Source of the DNA: Piedraia hortae CBS 480.64
Taxonomy: Eukaryota
Direction: 5' to 3'
NCBI GenBank assembly: GCA_010093745.1
Contig: MU005981.1
Location: 124,001-188,000 of the forward strand
DNA length: 64,000 nt
This document shows positions 59,441 to 64,000 of this stretch, piece after piece; position 1 is the stretch's first letter; each line of letters begins with the position of its first letter. Position numbers and translations under genes: made by a program. Under the pieces are notes generated by a model. That model was given only the letters and a program-made list of their open reading frames with translations, had not been told where the DNA came from and ran no database searches.

Positions 59441-60747
59441 TCAGTGGATCAATTCCTTGTCAAGGATGGAAGTGTCGAGACCCCAGCGCAAACAAGTTGA
59501 AGCCGGAGCATTGCCCTGCTGGGAGACATTGTTCGTGGTCTGCCATGTACGCTCAAGTCCATTGACGGGGTTGGTGTTACCTTGCAGGGTGATTGGGGCA
59601 TTCTGAATGGGGAAGTTGTTGCCGGAAGCAGGATGGAAGCTTGCGGAGGTGGCAACAGGTGGCTGCGTGAAGAGGTTGCCCTGAGGACCCTGGACTTGAG
59701 TAACATTGGGAACCGCGGTAGAGTGCAGGTAATGGTGGGCCTGGATATTGCCCTGGTCATGACCGGCGGCGGCAGTAGCCTGAAAGATGCTCTGTCGAAT
59801 CTGGGGATCGTAGTGCAGGCTGTAGTAGACTGCCGGACTGCTACCAGTAACCTGATGGATATTGGTAAACAGCGACTGGCCTGTAGCCAGGTGGTTTTGC
59901 ATGTTGTTAATGCCGTGGCCGGCTGGCATATGACCCTGGGTCGGCATGCCATATGCAATACTGCCTTGGCCGAAAACTTGATCAAAGATTGCAACCTGAG
60001 CCGTCTCGGGACGAACAGGGGAGGGCATGATGCTGCTGGGCTGAGGATTATTGGAACCCTGGAAGCGCGGGCCGAGAACGCTTGTAGATGCGCCTGGAGA
60101 GGCCATGCCGCCTGCACTGCTGTTTCCGTCGATTCCTCTCTGAACATTGTCGTGGCTGTCTCCGTCTGGATGAATCTCAGGCGTACTGCCATTGCCTTGG
60201 GGCTGACAGCCGTCACCCCCCGGATGAATAACATTAGCACCCTTAGACTGTGTGGACCCACGTTGCTCCGCTGTGAAAACCTCGGGATGTGCAGCTACGA
60301 TTTGACGAGCGGAAGCGCGTCTCGACTTCTGCCGATAGGACTCCTTGGTGCGGTGGGCCTTTTTGCGTGCTTGGCCGTCTTTGCGAATCCCCTTCGGAGG
60401 CTTGTTGGTTGGCGGGTCATCGGTCCTGTAAAGCAGTCAGCTACTGCGGATAGTGTCTTGCGCAGCTTTGCATACCAGTGCGGGTTAAAATCCACAAACG
60501 GGTGCGTACCTCGACCGTCTGGACGGCAATGTCGCTGCAGTACGTGGCGGCGCAGGCGTCTTATTGAAAAATCAGTATGTTAACCAGGCGAGAAGAATCA
60601 TAGAACGAACGCAGCTTGCTCCCAAACCTTCAATGCTTCCTCGCCTTCGCAGTATCCGCAGAATCGTTCGCAGCGATATACCGTCAGCGTAGGCCCGCCA
60701 GCGGCCACAGGCCACTGATGATAGTGCCCAAGCCTGTCACAGGGCAT
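59441..60747 (-). CDS. Hypothetical zinc-finger-like protein, about 401 aa (exons 60747-60611, 60559-60476, 60425-59441)
   Basis: Two GT-AG introns (60560-60610, 60426-60475) with CTGA branch points join three frames into one. It has FCGYC...RLRRHVLQRH (C2H2-like), a basic RKDGQARKKAHR segment and a Q/P/N-rich tail. Confidence 0.7.
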
Positions 60748-60883
60748 CTTAGGGTTCTCGCAGATAATGTCCCAGCGTGATTGCAGGTGATGGAGTCTTG
60801 AGCTATGCAGGCTGGAGGATGTTTTGAGGGAGGAACAATGGAAGGATAGATTCGGTGCGGCAACGAAAACCTGCATGGCTGCC

Positions 60884-61070
60884 TGGAACGCGCTTTGGTT
60901 CCATTTTAGCATCTTGTATGAGAAGTTTTGGCTACAAGGACGCGTATTTTGGACTTCAGTTTCTTTTTAGTCGCGCTTATGTGACGTTGTGGGTGCAGGA
61001 ACGCGTGTTAGGAACGTTAGTTCCTTTTTAGCACCTTATATGAGAAGTTTTGGCTGCAAATACGCGAATT
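60884..61070. repeat. Imperfect direct duplication with ACGCG motifs upstream of the 60747 gene
   Basis: ttttagcatcttgtatgagaagttttggctacaaggacgcg (~60904) matches ttttagcaccttatatgagaagttttggctgcaaatacgcg (~61026). Confidence 0.75.
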
Positions 61071-61930
61071 AAGCAAGTAACCCGAATCGCCGGCGACGTG
61101 CTTGGTGCGCGGAATGGAGTGGGTGACCAGGGCTCAAATATGGAGATGTGGAAGTGGACTGCACTGACAAAGCATACATGGCAGGAAGATCTCTAACGAC
61201 ACCGCGTCTTCGCATTTTCCATAGACCTTCTCATCCCTAAAGTTGTCTTGTATCTACAGGGTCAGCGAGCTGCTACATACCCCATCCAGTTAAACAAATG
61301 CGCCTATAAGCCTACTTCCATGCGACGATTTCAAATCACAAATTGACCGTGACGCAGCCACCACAGAGCACGTTAATCACGAGAAAAATAGTATACCTAT
61401 TTGTATACTCTAGTTATACATATCGCCGCGTCCAGCTAGAAGTACGTTCAATGTTTTGAGATGCCAAGCTTAAAACAAGCCGGACCGAGCCGAGCCGAAG
61501 CGGCTTATGTCATATGGCAAGAAAATTTTCAAGATGCCGCGCAGAAATTTTGATAACAGCCGTGATAAGACTCTTCCGCCTCAGTGAGCTCTACCAACGC
61601 TGAATACTTGACCGCAAGCATTGGCTCTCCCATGGTGTTGAACATTGAACTGCATCTTATCTCTCCACAAAAGAAATATATCAGCGTTACATTCAGTGCC
61701 CGCACAGCAGCATCCTTCAAGTCGTTGGTAGCGTGAAAACCTGCTCATCCTTCTACAAATCGTGATTCACCACCCAGACCCATCTCCCCGACGTCCCAGC
61801 GCAGTGTCCAGCTTTCGAATCTTGTCAAATCCAATCTCTATACCCGCACTCCTCTGGCCCTGAATATCTACGGGGAAGGCACCTTTGCGAGAGACTCTAC
61901 CCAAACGGGTCTAGGACCCATGACGTCACC

Positions 61931-62668
61931 ATGATACCACCCTCTCCAACACAACCACCCCAACGAATCCCATTGGCGCATGAAATCATCTACCCGCAGA
62001 GTAACCCAACACCACCCAAAATGTCCCTCCTCATCCTCCCCCCCGAAGTCCGCAACGCAATCTACGCCTTCCACTTCCCACCGCAGGTTGACCCCCAATC
62101 CCTATCCCTCCTCCTCGTCTGCAAACAAATCCACCGTGAAGCGGGCCTCCTCGCCTTCTCCCGCACTAACTTTCCCACCACAATCCCCTCCCCCGCGGCC
62201 TTTGCCTCCCTCACATCAACCCTCACCACAGAACAAATCTCATTGATCCGATATGTAACTTTGACAGCGAATGTGAGACAGCTTCGCGCGATGAATGAGG
62301 AGTGGGGATCAAGTCCTTTTGGGTGTGGGATTTTGTGGTTGAGGAAGTTGAGGATTCTGCCGCAAAGGAGTGCGGTTGGGACTGCGGAGCTGCCACTTGG
62401 GGAGGAGCTGTCGCAACGGGTGCATTGTGCTACGCTTGTGGAGATTTTGGTGAGGGTTTTGGGGGATCTGGAGGGGGTGGAGGTTTTGGAGGTTGGGAAT
62501 GTAGGGGTGGATGGGGGGAAAGGGCCGTTTGGTGAGAGGGTTTGGGTTTGGGGGTTTAAAAGGCTTGGGGAGAGGTTGGAGGGGATGAGGGGTGGTGTGG
62601 AGTTGTATGGGGATGGAAAGTGGTGGAGTATGGATTTGAGGAGGGGGGATACTGGTATGAGGGAATGA
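61931..62668 (+). CDS. F-box-like (DUF7730-like) protein; likely start 62021
   Basis: MSLLILPPEVRNAIYAFHF...LSLLLVCKQIHREAGLLAFSRTNF. Confidence 0.72.
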   Translation: MIPPSPTQPPQRIPLAHEIIYPQSNPTPPKMSLLILPPEVRNAIYAFHFPPQVDPQSLSLLLVCKQIHREAGLLAFSRTNFPTTIPSPAAFASLTSTLTTEQISLIRYVTLTANVRQLRAMNEEWGSSPFGCGILWLRKLRILPQRSAVGTAELPLGEELSQRVHCATLVEILVRVLGDLEGVEVLEVGNVGVDGGKGPFGERVWVWGFKRLGERLEGMRGGVELYGDGKWWSMDLRRGDTGMRE

Positions 62669-62966
62669 GGAAGGTTGGTGGGAATACTTGGTAAGAAATT
62701 TTCCAATTACGATTACTTCAGGCAAGAAGTGCTGAATAGGTTCCTTCCAAAGCGACTGATGGAATCCCGCAATGCATAATCGATTCTGATATGGTGAATT
62801 CACAATGCATCATCGAATCTCATGTGGTAGAAGTTCCAAGCGTAGAGTGCAGATTATCTAGGACAAAGTCTGTGCCAAGGCAGCGTCAAGTGGGGCTTTT
62901 CGAGCTAACTTAGCCCCGCAGTCGTCGCGACAGCGAGCGCAAAGCACTTGAGCAACGCTTTGAATC

Positions 62967-64000
62967 ATGAGCAGCTGGATAGAGTGAGTCGCATGACGCC
63001 GCGCATTCCATTCAAATCATCAGCTAACGCCTACAGCAACTTCAGGGGCTCGCGCGATCGGCGTCGACGCGTCCAGGATGAGCTCCAGGCGCTGCTCCCG
63101 ACGCGTCAACAGGTCGGGATTCCCTCAGCGGTCCCGGCCAAAGAAGTGACATTAATCGCGCTGCGACTCAAATACCAAATCGAACAAGTCGTGCCGTGTG
63201 AGCTACCGGAGGAGCGCATAACGCAGCCACATAGCAATGTGATCACACCCGCCGTGATCGCCACGGCCAAAAACGCAGGCAAGCAGGGTCCACACGCGTC
63301 AGAAGACGCAAACGGTGCTGTAATCTACTGTCTGCTAGTAGTGAAGAACTGGTTCAGGCGTCAATCGTTGCGGGAGCTCTGGGATGCGGATCTGTACAAA
63401 CTCCGAGCCATAGCGTGCGAGATTTTGGCCAAGAGAATCATCGAAGGCGAGGAGGATCAAGCCTATCTTATGCAGTCTTTGCTGCTGAAGCGATACAGTA
63501 TCGTTGTTGACGGCCGCGAGACGGAGCCGACGAACGCGGTTGAAAAGGCAGTGGATCTGCACGCCGTGACTGTTATTTCCAGCTCTGGATACCAGAAATG
63601 CATCAGCCACTTGTGGAGGGGCTGGCTAATCCAGAGCGAGGAGGATGCGAGCTGCTTTGTCGACTATAAGGAAAAAGGTAATCCGAACTACTGGGTCCAT
63701 TTCGACCCAGACAGGATGCGTGTGCCTCAGTATCAGAATGCGGTGCAGGTAATCACATCTCTCGTGTTCGTGGGGCTGTACACTGGTGCCATCAACACCA
63801 TCAATGCCACGGGTGATCTGGATCTCGTCGAAGGTCTGCTTTACATCTTCACCCTCGGCTTCATCTTCGATGAAGCAGCCAAGTTCTACAAAGTCGGACG
63901 GTATTATCTCAGCTTCTGGAATGTCTTCAATATGACCCTCTACACGCTGCTGACCGTCTCGTTCGCCTTGCGAATAATCGCCCTTACCAACGGCCACGGA
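62967..64000 (+). CDS. YVC1: Vacuolar TRP cation channel Yvc1, 5' part (exon 62967-62983, exon from 63037 past the window end)
   Basis: VPAKEVTLIALRLKYQIEQVVPCEL...ELWDADL...RAIACEILAKR...LLKRYS...AVDLHA...QKCISHLWRGW...RMRVPQYQN. Confidence 0.92.

Noticed and set aside
59582..60583. 333-aa plus-strand ORF
   Set aside because: Antisense shadow of the spliced minus-strand gene; no motifs.

Overview
This is fungal genomic DNA. Short GT-AG introns of about 42-58 nt with CTRAC branch points and the gene set point to a filamentous ascomycete; a Dothideomycete is my inference only. There are two compact blocks of conserved genes. The first (9.3-15.9 kb) holds FIS1, SPC24, a PTEN/TEP1 phosphatase, a TPP-dependent enzyme and TMS1/Serinc. 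The second (30.5-43.3 kb) holds an OM14-like gene, UCH37, the Swi6/Cdc10-type MBF subunit, a GNAT acetyltransferase, an IRC5/LSH remodeller, EAF7 and a GH125 enzyme. YVC1 begins at the right edge. The intervals between them are accessory DNA: a decayed Tad1-like LINE, Copia debris, several pseudogenes, lineage-specific low-complexity or zinc-finger genes and five related F-box-like genes. The main observations are as follows. (1) A 3,045-bp pogo/Fot1-type transposon has unusually long (~700-790 bp) degenerate terminal inverted repeats and a TA target duplication; removing it rejoins the middle gene of an F-box-like tandem triplet in frame. (2) The 56-nt first intron of the MBF subunit gene is packed with tandem MCB (ACGCGT) boxes, suggesting autoregulation through the intron. 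(3) One protein carries about eight 35-aa Q/H/S/Y-rich repeats. (4) Two introns need GC donors. (5) A nucleotidyltransferase-fold-like gene is interrupted by an in-frame TAG. All family assignments come from motif recognition by eye; no database search was run.
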